The notes under the pieces are model-generated. The model was not told the DNA's origin. It was given only the letters and a program-made list of their open reading frames with translations, and ran no database searches. From Octopus bimaculoides (Eukaryota), in contig NC_069002.1 in assembly GCF_001194135.2 (NCBI RefSeq), forward strand, positions 24,018,538-24,063,846: 45,309 nt of DNA, in the 5' to 3' direction. A program made the translations under genes and the position numbers. How positions within the stretch are numbered: position 1 is the first letter of the stretch; every line of letters starts with the position of its first letter. Of the stretch, positions 10,831 through 21,417 are shown piece after piece.

Positions 10831-11119
10831 CAAATATACTTTTTTATTCCCTGACAATGGGAACTAATCTAACTGTAAGCTAAGTTTGGTTCTTCTAATA
10901 TATTGCACAATATATCTTAATGTTATAGTATTCCACATTTTGAAGCTTTTGTAATAAGAAATTTTAGAGAAAATGTTTCGGACTTTCACTTCTTCATTTT
11001 AATTTTCACGATTAAAATCCCGAAAAAAAAACAACAAAAAACAACAGCAAAGAAAAAAAAAGAGAGAAATTACGATTTATGCAATGATGGTTTTCCAAAA
11101 TTGTTTTCTGTGAAAATAC

Positions 11120-11574
11120 GGATTGAGGCGATCAGCGGTTTTACGGCTGGCACAAGAGGCCAAGGACGGTGGGTTCACCGGGAAGCTAATGACGATCTCC
11201 TTTTTCGACAGTAAGGGCAACATCAGCAGGCAATGGCTTTCTTCTGGCCAGACGGTTAACAAAGAGCACTTCGTGGAGTTTTTGAGGGAATCAAAGAAAA
11301 GATTTCGTTGCAAAAGTCCAGTGTAACTCCCTCCTCCTCCATACAGTCCAAACCTAGTTCCCTGTGACTTTTGGATGAAGGGGATGAAGGAGACTGTGAC
11401 AAGAGTCTTGGACATACTCACTTTGGGGGACTTCGATGGGGGCTTCACAAACTGGCTTCAGCACCACAAGTGCAATGGAGACAGAGGATCCTACTTTGAA
11501 TGCTTTTAGAGTTTTGTTCTTCTTTCAAATGAATTTCCTGAAAAAGTCTCAAAACTTCAGGAATGCACCTTGTA
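11120..11574 (+). mobile_element. Mariner transposase remnant with right terminal repeat
   Basis: GKLMTISFFDSKG...GQTVNKEHFVEFLRE.KKRFR, then PPPYSPNLVPCDFW and NWLQHHKC..RGSYFE. The end AAACTTCAGGAATGCACCTTGTA is a mariner-like TIR plus TA. Confidence 0.85.
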
Positions 11575-11914
11575 GATTATGTATTAAGGTGTTATCTGAA
11601 AACAATCATTATTTAGGATTTAGTTTGTTTGCAGTATATCCAGTGGATAATTTCTATGGGAGTTAATTAACCAATTCTATGGACATAATGCTAAATCTTG
11701 AAAGGTCATCTAGTTTTGGCGGTACATGAATGAACAACAAGGTCTCACTGAACGTGAAACACAAACCATGAGTTGTGTGGCATTTTTCAAACCTTATTGT
11801 TAATATTAAATTATATTAAGTTATTGCTTTAACATCAACGTGACACTGCTCTTTGATGTTACAATGTTAGCTAACTCTCTAATACATACAACCATACATA
11901 CACACACATATATG

Positions 11915-11951
<37 letters not shown>

Positions 11952-12523
11952 NNNNNNNNNNNNNNNNNNNNNNNNNNNNNNNNNNNNNNNNNNNNNNNNN
12001 NNNNNNNNNNNNNNNNNNNNNNNNNNNNNNNNNNNNNNNNNNNNNNNNNNNNNNNNNNNNNNNNNNNNNNNNNNNNNNNNNNNNNNNNNNNNNNNNNNNN
12101 NNNNNNNNNNNNNNNNNNNNNNNNNNNNNNNNNNNNNNNNNNNNNNNNNNNNNNNNNNNNNNNNNNNNNNNNNNNATATGTATATGTATGCATGTATGTA
12201 TGTATGTATGTATGTATACACGCATATATGTATAAATGTGTGTGCGTTTGTGTATGTATTTGCTGTCTTAAACGTTGTGGATGGTAAAAGGAAGTTGTAC
12301 GATTACGTGTGAATGGTTTTACATCTAATTAGAAGAAGAATTATTGAAGTGCCGCCGTAATTGAATCTTGCTGAATACAGAGATGAAGGCACAAACTGAA
12401 GTTCAATGAAGGGATCTGAGGTTTCCCAGGGAAAAATAGCTATTAGTGAAGCAGAAACACCCACATGCATACGCCCAGGTATCATACACATACTCACACG
12501 CACACACATATGTAATTATATAC

Positions 12524-12558
<35 letters not shown>

Positions 12559-13620
12559 TTCCGGCATGCAGGTATACATGGTCGCACAAACACAGACATA
12601 CACATGCAAACACACGCACACATATGATATATACATTAAATTAAAAATGGTTTCTTACATGGGGCCGTATGTTTTGTTCTGACGATCTTTTCAAACGTAT
12701 TTACTACGGTTGATAGAATTTATAGCTAAAAATGGTACGGGCGATTTGAAAACAAGGGTTCTCTGAATATAGATAAAGAAATTTTAAATTGAATGCACGA
12801 GGAAGGGCTGAAGGTTGGTAGAAAGCACTGCGTGATAAAGTATGATGGATAATTAAGAATTATTAAATGCAGAGAGGCAGAAGATTTAGATAGGGGATTA
12901 AAGATGAAAGCGTATAAATAACGGGAATTGAATAAGGGGTAACATCGAGCGGACTGATTTCTCCATAAAGTGACAGGACATGAATATATAATTTTTAATT
13001 GTAAGAAATATGAAGGAAAAATAAATTAAAGCATAATGTAGATTGTTTTCATATAAAACTGTAAGAAAATATGTTAAGGATACAAATTAAAAAGAATAAG
13101 GATACATCTATAAGAAATAGATATCAAAGAAAATACAGATGTTTGATGAGAGCAGCATCAAATAACGGACGAGTATCAGCCAGGTTTCAAACAAACCAAG
13201 TCTGTAGTCTTGAAAGCAATTAGTATAAGGGGAAAGAGAGGAGATCAGGTGGAAGTAGAAGCTTAAATGGAAGGCATTGGAAAAAAAAGTGGAGAAGAAG
13301 AAAATGGAGAAGACGGAAAAGAAGACAGCTGTTAATTAAAGATAATTAACTAAGTAGCCGTTAAAAATTTACAGAGTGAAGTGTGGAGGTCGGTCGGTAG
13401 ATCTGGATTTAAAAAGTATTGCGAATATAAAATTTAAACGAAGACCAAAGTAATGAATTATGCTGATTGGGATGAATTAACGCTTTTAAATAATAAAACG
13501 TGTGAGAGGTTTGAATAAAACAAATATTATTAATATAAAAATAACTTGCTGGGAGGGGAGGTGGTTTAAACGATGTTGTCATTGTAGTTAAAAGCAGAAA
13601 GTACATCAATTAGTTTTGGT

Positions 13621-13687
13621 CTGTATGTACGGCTGCGTGGACGTCTGTATTTATGGCTGCGTAGACGTCTGTATATATGGCTGCGTG
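13621..13687 (+). repeat. 24-mer tandem repeat x2.8
   Basis: CTGTATGTACGGCTGCGTGGACGT / CTGTATTTATGGCTGCGTAGACGT / CTGTATATATGGCTGCGTG. Confidence 0.9.
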
Positions 13688-13789
13688 TGTTTTTGTGTGG
13701 ATGTGTGCGTGTATTGCAGTGTGAATGTGTGCGGGTATGTCTGTGTGCTGGTTGGAAATGTCCAGGGATAATTAGTATGTAGGTTTCTT

Positions 13790-13945
13790 TAAAAATCAGA
13801 GAAAATATCTTCCTTTGTGGTTTTCGGAAAACAAGTTATTTTAGGAAGAAAACAATCCAATTTATCGAATGTCTACATTTATTTGGAGAAAGTCAGAAGA
13901 TAACTACATAAAGTGAGGTCAGTCTGACAGCGTTGATAATTAAGG
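13790..13945 (+). repeat. Unclassified dispersed repeat (related copies at 17745-17905 +, 18205-18270 -, 19455-19600 -)
   Basis: Shared CCTTTGTGG.TTT..GAAAA...TATTTTAGGAAGAAAACAAT...GAATGTCTA...GTCAGAA...GAGGTCA.TCTGAC. Confidence 0.6.
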
Positions 13946-14206
13946 TGTTATGTGTTGGAAAGAAAGAAAATATGTTTTATCTGCACTTTCATATTACTGA
14001 TTTGGTACGCTCTCGTGATATGAAAGAAAGGTATTTTCGCGTGTGGGTCATGAAGAAATTATTTAATTCTATTTATCTAAATTCTTGGTTTCTCGTTTCT
14101 GGATTGATAGCCTTTCTAGGCTGCGGAGACTAGAGATATCATTTAATTAGATCTAAGTCGTTGGTTTATTAGGTTAAAATATATAAACCAAGTAGACATA
14201 AATATT

Positions 14207-14550
14207 TTTTCCTACTCTAGGCTCAAGACCCGAAATTTTGAGGGAAGGTGGGGGGGGTGCAGTCAATTACATTGACCCCAGTGCGTAACTGGTACTTAAT
14301 TTATCGACCCCGAAAGGATGAAAGGCAAAGTCGACCTCGGCGGAATTTAAACGTAGCAGCAGACGAAATACCGCTAAGCATTTCGCCCGCCGTGCTAACG
14401 TTTCTTATTTCTTTATTGCCCACAAGGGGCTAAACATAGAAAGGACAAACAAGAACAGACAAAGGGATTTGAAATCAGAACGTAAAGGCAGACGAAATAC
14501 TACTTAGCATTTCGCCCGGCGTGCTAACGTTTCTGCCAGCACGCCACCTT
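14207..14550 (-). mobile_element. Composite Nin-core SINE (internally deleted tail-B monomer plus tail-A monomer)
   Basis: Minus strand runs head, then AATCCCTTTGTCTGTTCTTG...CCCCTTGTGGGCAATAAAGAAATAAGAAA joined to CGTTAGCAC...core...TTGAGCCTAGAGTAGG. Confidence 0.85.
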
Positions 14551-14726
14551 CCATCGTTAAATATTTAATACTAAACGGCTGAGATCTTGTCAAATGGCAT
14601 TATACTATAGGAGACACCGACATACATGTAATAAAGAAAGTCATCAAAGTAATTTTTAAAAAAAGCAACAGTTTTCTTCGATTTAAACATAGGAGCCTGA
14701 CAATCAGTTAATATTTTAAGTCTACT

Positions 14727-15341
14727 AAGGCGACGAGTTGGCAGAAATGCTTAGCGGTATTTCGTCTGCCGTTACATTCTGAATTTAAATTCCGCCGAGA
14801 TTGACTTTGTCTTTCATCCTTTTGGGGTCGATAAATTAAGTACCAGTTGCGTGCTGAGGTCGAGTTAATTGACTGGCCCCCTCCCCCAAAATTTCGGAAT
14901 ATTTTATTTCTACTAAGGCAGCGAGTTGGCAGAAACGTTAACATGCCGGGCAAAATGCTTAGCGGTATTTTGTCTGCCGTTACGTTCTGAGTTCAAATTC
15001 CGCCGAGGTCGACTTTGCCTTTCATCCTTTCGGGGTCGATAAATTAAGTACCAGTTACGCATTGGGGTCGATGTAATCGACCTAATCCCTTTGTCTGTCC
15101 TTGTTTGTCCCCTCTATGTTAAGCCCCTTGTGGGCAATAAAGAAGTAAGAAACGTTAGCATCCCGGGCGAAATGCTTAACGGTATTTCGTCTGTCTTTGC
15201 GTTCCAAGTTCAAATTCCGCCGAAGTCGCCTTTGCTTTCATGCTTTCAGAGTCGATAAATTAAGTACCAGTCGCGTACTGGGGTCGATCTAATCGACTGG
15301 CCCCCTCCCCAAAATTTCGAGCCTTGAGCCTAGAGTAGAAA
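14727..15341 (+). mobile_element. Three Nin-core SINE units: a monomer (14727-14900) plus a tail-B/tail-A composite (14915-15341)
   Basis: Three B-box/core blocks. The junction AAAGAAGTAAGAAA|CGTTAGC lies at about 15150. Confidence 0.9.
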
Positions 15342-15740
15342 TGAATATTTAACGAAGGAACATTAATAGTCAATTTATATGAAATAAGGTGAAATCGGAC
15401 TTACATTGAAGTAGGATGTTTGGAAATCGGCTATTCCAAAGTAGTTTCTCGAAGTTACTGTTCATTTTAGTTCATGCACGAATATTACTTTTTATTCTAT
15501 CTAGTAGGTCTTCCTGCTCTTTTGCAGGGAATATCTTCAAGTTGAGCTGCGATTCTCTGTATTGAAAGCTCATGGCTCCGGTCCTATGGGTGTTAGATTA
15601 AAATATCGCAGAGAAAAATCGCAAGATTTTTCAAGCTGAGTCAACCGATAAAAAACCTGACGGTAGACCAAGAATTGGATATATGGATAATACCATAGTT
15701 TCAGTTAATCCCGCTCGGGAATCCAGCCGGAGGGTTTTAA

Positions 15741-15959
15741 CCTTTTAGCATTCAAACCGGCCATATCTGGCCAAAATATTCTACTTGTTTTGTGTTCAAT
15801 CTGACGAGCTCATGCCTCTCACACATACCCTTCAATGTCATTCTAGAAGTAAACAAACGCATCATCAAAATACAAAGTTACTAGATGATGGATGATTAAT
15901 TAAAAACAAAGTGAATGAATAAGCTATACATTTGACAGAGTAATATGGCTGCTTAAGGG
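15741..15959. mobile_element. piggyBac-like MITE (decayed)
   Basis: Left TTAA|CCTTTTAGCATT; the right end GCTGCTTAAGGG is a degenerate inverse; the right TTAA is lost. Confidence 0.5.
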
Positions 15960-16179
15960 CCAGCGATGGTCGTATCTGATGGGACTCTTCTAACCGTAGT
16001 AAGTAAAAAAAAAAATAGATGGATAGTATATTTTACTGAGTCCTCCTAGATTAGATTTATGTGTGATCTTTTTAATATCCTTAAAAATTAAACAATATTT
16101 ACTTAGCGAGAATTTCTGCTGAAGCATCTATGTAAAGACACGAGGTTACGTTTTTGTTTTCACATTGTTACGTCTATAT

Positions 16180-16375
16180 CTCTTCTCTTTTACTTGTTTC
16201 AATCATTACACTGCGGCCATGCTGGGGCACCACCTTGAGGAATTTTTAGTCGAACGAATCGACCCAAGTACTTATTTTTAAAACCTAGTTCTTATTCTAT
16301 CAGCTCCTTTTGGCCGAACCGCTAAGTTATGAGGACGTAAACAAATCAACACCGGCTGTCTAGCGGCGGTGAGAG
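16180..16375 (-). mobile_element. SINE with a CCAGCATGGCCGCAG...TGAAACAAGTAAAAGA tail (related tails at 17180-17250 and 19299-19430 +)
   Basis: Reverse complement of TCTTTTTACTTGTTTCAATCATTACACTGCGGCCATGCTGGGGCACC matches the plus-strand tail at 19365-19430. Confidence 0.75.
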
Positions 16376-16413
16376 ACAGACACAGACGCAAAGACACACA
16401 CACACATGTATGC

Positions 16414-16448
<35 letters not shown>

Positions 16449-16526
16449 TACATACGTGCATATATATACATATACATATATATAATTACATATACATATA
16501 CAAACGTATATATATACATACATACC

Positions 16527-16559
<33 letters not shown>

Positions 16560-16660
16560 ATATATATAAGTATACACACACATACACACACGCACAACAC
16601 ACACACACACANNNNNNNNNNACATATATATAAGTATACACACACATACACACACGCACA

Positions 16661-16703
<43 letters not shown>

Positions 16704-16751
16704 AGTTCAAAAAAGGAAAAAGACAAAAAAAAACTAACAATAAGCAACAAC

Positions 16752-16855
16752 GTGAGGGCGTGATACAGATTGTGTTACTAGACGCTCGGGAAAGGAAAGA
16801 AAGAGAATTTGACGTTTCGAGTGGAGCTCTTCGTTGAAAACAAAAAAGTCCAAAG
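16752..16855 (-). mobile_element. Penelope-like terminal fragment (related copy at 27085-27195)
   Basis: Both contain GACGCTCGGGAA.G...T.ACGTTTCGAG....GCTCTT, the inverse of the GAAGA....CGAAACG motif typical of Penelope-like element termini. Confidence 0.45.
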
Positions 16856-16972
16856 AAATATATATATATATATATATATACATACATATATATATATANN
16901 NNNNNNNNNNNNNNNNNNNNNNNNNNNNNNNNNNNNNNNNNNNNNNNNNNNNNNNNNNNNNNNNNNNNNNNN

Positions 16973-17119
16973 TATAAGAATTAAGATATAAACTCAAATT
17001 AGGCAATCATACTCATACATTTATAAATTCGACTTATATATATATATATGCATTTTAAGTCGAATTTATAACTGTATGAGTATGATTGCCTAATTTGAGT
17101 TCATATCTTAATTCTTATA
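16973..17119. repeat. Near-perfect inverted repeat: 64-bp arms, 19-nt TA-rich loop
   Basis: 16973-17036 versus the reverse complement of 17056-17119 is 62/64 identical. Confidence 0.9.
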
Positions 17120-17432
17120 CATACATACATACATACATACATACATACATGCATACATACACACACATATATATGATCCATTTGCTGGACTAAAATTCTT
17201 CGAGGCGTTATTCCTGCATGGCCGCAGTCCAATGACTGACACAAATAAGGGATAACCCCTACTAAGTATAAACTGCCACGAACACTACCTCTGTTAGTTT
17301 CTGCTTTTATGGCTGTTCAAGCAATGTAGGCTAAGACATTTTATTCCACATTTATATATTGATTCTTAAAAACAAAGACGTGAAAGAAAAAAAAGTGGGA
17401 GACAGAGAGAGGGAGATAAAGAGAGAGGAAAA

Positions 17433-17516
17433 CAGAGAGATAAAAAGAGAAAGAGGAAAACAGAGAGATAAAAAGAGAAAGAGGAAAAGAGAGAGATAAA
17501 AAGAGAAAGAGGAAAA
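17433..17516 (+). repeat. 28-mer purine-rich tandem repeat x3
   Basis: (C/G)AGAGAGATAAAAAGAGAAAGAGGAAAA repeated three times. Confidence 0.9.
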
Positions 17517-17649
17517 GAGAGAGAAGTGAAGCAGTATCAGCTGTTTGTCGGTAGTGGTGCATTGGCCAGTCTTCTTTCATTGTCTGCTGTATATGTAAGT
17601 GTTTGTGGTTGGTCGTGGTTCGAGTGTATGCTGCCTGATATAATGGGTG

Positions 17650-17700
<51 letters not shown>

Positions 17701-17986
17701 GTTGGAATAGCCTGGTGGATATTCTAAATATGTGAATGTATTATAAATAACAGAAAAAAAATCCTTTGTGGGTTTTTGAAAAGAAACTATTTTAGGAAGA
17801 AAACAATTAATGCAATTTATTGAATGTCTATTAGGATTTATTTAGAAAAAAAGAGGTCAGAATATTACTATATCAAGGGAGGTCACTCTGACCCTTTTGC
17901 TAAATTAAGGCGCGAAATATAGTTTGAAAAGGGAAAGAGAGAGAGAGAGAAACACAGACAGACAGAGGGGAGAAAAGAATCCATAA

Positions 17987-18045
<59 letters not shown>

Positions 18046-19227
18046 GCAACAACAATAATAGTAATAGTAACGCAATCGAGTTTTGGCGATAAATTATTAC
18101 ATTTGTAAGTCGTGTATTTTCATTGGTTCCTGGATTCATGAAGGTTTGTGTTTGGTCATGCTTTTTTTACATGCGTAATTGTTATTGTTAATTAATTTCA
18201 TGCTATAATTAGTAAAATTGTCAGAGTGACATCCCATTATATAGCAATTTTCTGACTTTCTTTTCAGATATGGTACATAAGCAATATGTTGGACTTGTTT
18301 TCACTCGTAAATATATCATTTCGAATAAGAAAAGGGAAATATCTCTTTCTTTATAAATTTGCACATTTAACATAATCTGACTAGGATCTTTGTGGATTTT
18401 GTCAGCTTAGAATTTTGTTCCAACTATCTTCAAATTTGGTTTAATGATTAAGTTTTGTATACTAATTAACCTTTAAAATTTGCAAAATTTAGCTATTTTA
18501 GCTAATCAGAAGCGCGTATAATACACATCACTGTGGCGAAAAGTTCTGTTTCCGTAGCAACCAAAGATACTGCGCATGCACAGAAGGAGATACGAGAAAG
18601 ATAATTTACTAATTTTCTACAACAATACTCTTGCGCTTTTCTCCGTCACAACTTATGAGTGAAAAAGGAAGGGGTGATGAATGAAGAAGGAAGGGTTAAA
18701 TATTTAATTTGCTCGCGAATGTTTAATGTTAACTTCATTCATGTTTGTTTTAATGTTTCGACTGTTATTTCTAGCAATGTTTTGACATGCCGATGCCCCC
18801 ACCCCACCACTGATGATAGAAGAAACGGCGACCATCTGTTTTCTGATTGATTGAAAATTCTGAAAAATATCAAACTTTGAACACGTGTAACATTTTTGAA
18901 AACATTTTCTTAATTAAATGAATAACAAATTCGGATTCAGTGTAAAAAATTAATCTATATGATACATTAAAAAAACACATTTTAAAAGATAATTGTAAAC
19001 AGTGACAAAAATCACAAAAGTGCTCTGACTGTTTCAGCAAAACAGATTCATGCATCAGGCCATTGTTTTAACAGATAACCAAACACAGACTTAGATTTAC
19101 TCGCACCATGACCAACCACAACCTTCCAACCAAATTCAGCAACCAATCAGAACTTGCGGTTTAAGAATAGACTGTATCTAAGAAAAAGAGCCTATTTTAC
19201 TTTCCATTTGAAAAAAAAATTTTCTAC

Positions 19228-19430
19228 ATAGGCGCAGAAGTGGCTGTCTGGTAAGTAGCTTGCTTACCAACCACATGGTTCTGGGTTCNNNNNNNNNNCG
19301 ATAGAATATGTACTAGGCTTACAAAGAATAAGTTCTGGGGTCGATTTGATTCGACAAAAAGGTGGTACTCCAGCATGGCCGCAGTCAAATGACTGAAACA
19401 AGTAAAAGAATAAAAGAATAAAAGAATACT
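19228..19430 (+). mobile_element. SINE head (19228-19288) and SINE tail (19299-19430) either side of a 10-N gap
   Basis: GGCGCAGAAGTGGCTGTCTGGTAAGTAGCTTGCTTACCAACCACATGGTTCTGGGTTC, then CCAGCATGGCCGCAGTCAAATGACTGAAACAAGTAAAAGAATAAAAGAATA. Confidence 0.75.
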
Positions 19431-20577
19431 CATTTCAAATAAATTCCGCGCTTTAATTATCATTAACGTCAGAATGACCTCCCTTTATATAACGGTTTTG
19501 TCAAATAGATGAATAAAACGAATTCAATAAAAAGGATTAACCCCCCCCCCCCAAAAAAAAAAACTGTTTTCTTAAAAGCGCAAAGGAAATATTTTACTTT
19601 TAAATTCCAATTAAATCTGCAATGATTAACATAGTGTAAACAGACCTCTTTGGAATTTTGAACCGTAGTCTCAGATTTTCCTATTCTAGAACCAAGACAT
19701 AATGTACCTCCATAAAAGGAAAATTATCGGCATACAAAGTATTAACACCTATGTGAACATGTCTTGACCAATCAACACTGTCATGTTATTGGTGACGCTG
19801 CAAACTTCAAAGAAATGCAGCGACTTTTCCCGCTAAGTAGTTTTACCGAAGATTCTCGAAAGGTGACTTTCAGTTATAAAAGTTGGCAAATTCAACCTCA
19901 GGCTAGAGCTACTCGGCTATTTAGGAGAATCTACGTTGCTTGTCTCGGTGACTTGATCTCTTCCAATTTTCTACTTTTTTTATGTCACCTATTCAACTGA
20001 AAGCATCAACCTTAACTTGTAGTATCGTTTAATGCACATTAATCAGATTCAATGATTTCAATTCCTTTCACTACTTTCATAATATCATGTAGCAAGCCGT
20101 ATTATAGATTCCTAACCGTTATGCTTGTTTAACGTTGTTCCATTAATATATTAGGTGTACACTTGTAAATATAAACAATGCTGATGAAAAAGATATTTGA
20201 AAGCTCATTTAAATTTTAGTGTGGCCAATGTCTTCACAGACAAACTACCTGATATCATAAACATCTTACGGAGATTATATGATAAGCCAACGAACTAAAG
20301 CATCATCCCAACAAGTACAGACACCCAAAATTACACTCATATATCAGACTGCTTCAGTAGATACGCAAAAGAGACATATGCCCTCACTCCAACAAAAACA
20401 CACCATCTCAAAGTACGGCAGCCCAAGAGAACACGCGTCTTATAAAGTTGATAAGCAGCCATTGACTTAGAACGATGTTTACTTAATATTTTTATTTTTC
20501 TCTTTTTATTCTTTTGAAAGAATGAATGAGTGGAATATTATATCTTGACAGAATTTTACCTACCTGAAGAGATGAGT

Positions 20578-20641
20578 GAAGGCGAAAAGAATACAGATTA
20601 TATATATATATATATATATAATCTGTATTCTTTTCGCCTTC
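20578..20641. repeat. Perfect (TA)n-centred palindrome ending exactly at a gap (probable assembly artefact)
   Basis: GAAGGCGAAAAGAATACAGAT-(TA)11-ATCTGTATTCTTTTCGCCTTC, followed by N. Confidence 0.85.
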
Positions 20642-21339
20642 NNNNNNNNNNNNNNNNNNNNNNNNNNNNNNNNNNNNNNNNNNNNNNNNNNNNNNNNNNN
20701 NNNNNNNNNNNNNNNNNNNNNNNNNNNNNNNNNNNNNNNNNNNNNNNNNNNNNNNNNNNNNNNNNNNNNNNNNNNNNNNNNNNNNNNNNNNNNNNNNNNN
20801 NNNNNNNNNNNNNNNNNNNNNNNNNNNNNNNNNNNNNNNNNNNNNNNNNNNNNNNNNNNNNNNNNNNNNNNNNNNNNNNNNNNNNNNNNNNNNNNNNNNN
20901 NNNNNNNNNNNNNNNNNNNNNNNNNNNNNNNNNNNNNNNNNNNNNNNNNNNNNNNNNNNNNNNNNNNNNNNNNNNNNNNNNNNNNNNNNNNNNNNNNNNN
21001 NNNNNNNNNNNNNNNNNNNNNNNNNNNNNNNNNNNNNNNNNNNNNNNNNNNNNNNNNNNNNNNNNNNNNNNNNNNNNNNNNNNNNNNNNNNNNNNNNNNN
21101 NNNNNNNNNNNNNNNNNNNNNNNNNNNNNNNNNNNNNNNNNNNNNNNNNNNNNNNNNNNNNNNNNNNNNNNNNNNNNNNNNNNNNNNNNNNNNNNNNNNN
21201 NNNNNNNNNNNNNNNNNNNNNNNNNNNNNNNNNNNNNNNNNNNNNNNNNNNNNNNNNNNNNNNNNNNNNNNNNNNNNNNNNNNNNNNNNNNNNNNNNNNN
21301 NNNNNNNNNNNNNNNNNNNNNNNNNNNNNNNNNNNNNNN

Positions 21340-21417
<78 letters not shown>

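Noticed and set aside
12680-13600. Purine-skewed tract with an ETWL motif on the minus strand (possible LINE endonuclease)
   Set aside because: Probably an ancient LINE, but there is no second motif to support a call.
16560-16685. Direct duplication either side of a 10-N gap
   Set aside because: Identical sequence on both sides of a minimal gap most likely reflects unmerged contig overlap.
18270-19220. Probable non-autonomous DNA-transposon sequence
   Set aside because: I could not define TIRs or a TSD, so no feature was called.
19765-19800. Opposed CCAAT/ATTGG boxes as a promoter
   Set aside because: Short motifs expected by chance, with no associated gene start.
20578-20641. Perfect palindrome as a biological hairpin
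   Set aside because: It has zero mismatches, a (TA)n centre and ends exactly at a contig end, the classic signature of an assembler fold-back. Kept only as a repeat feature.
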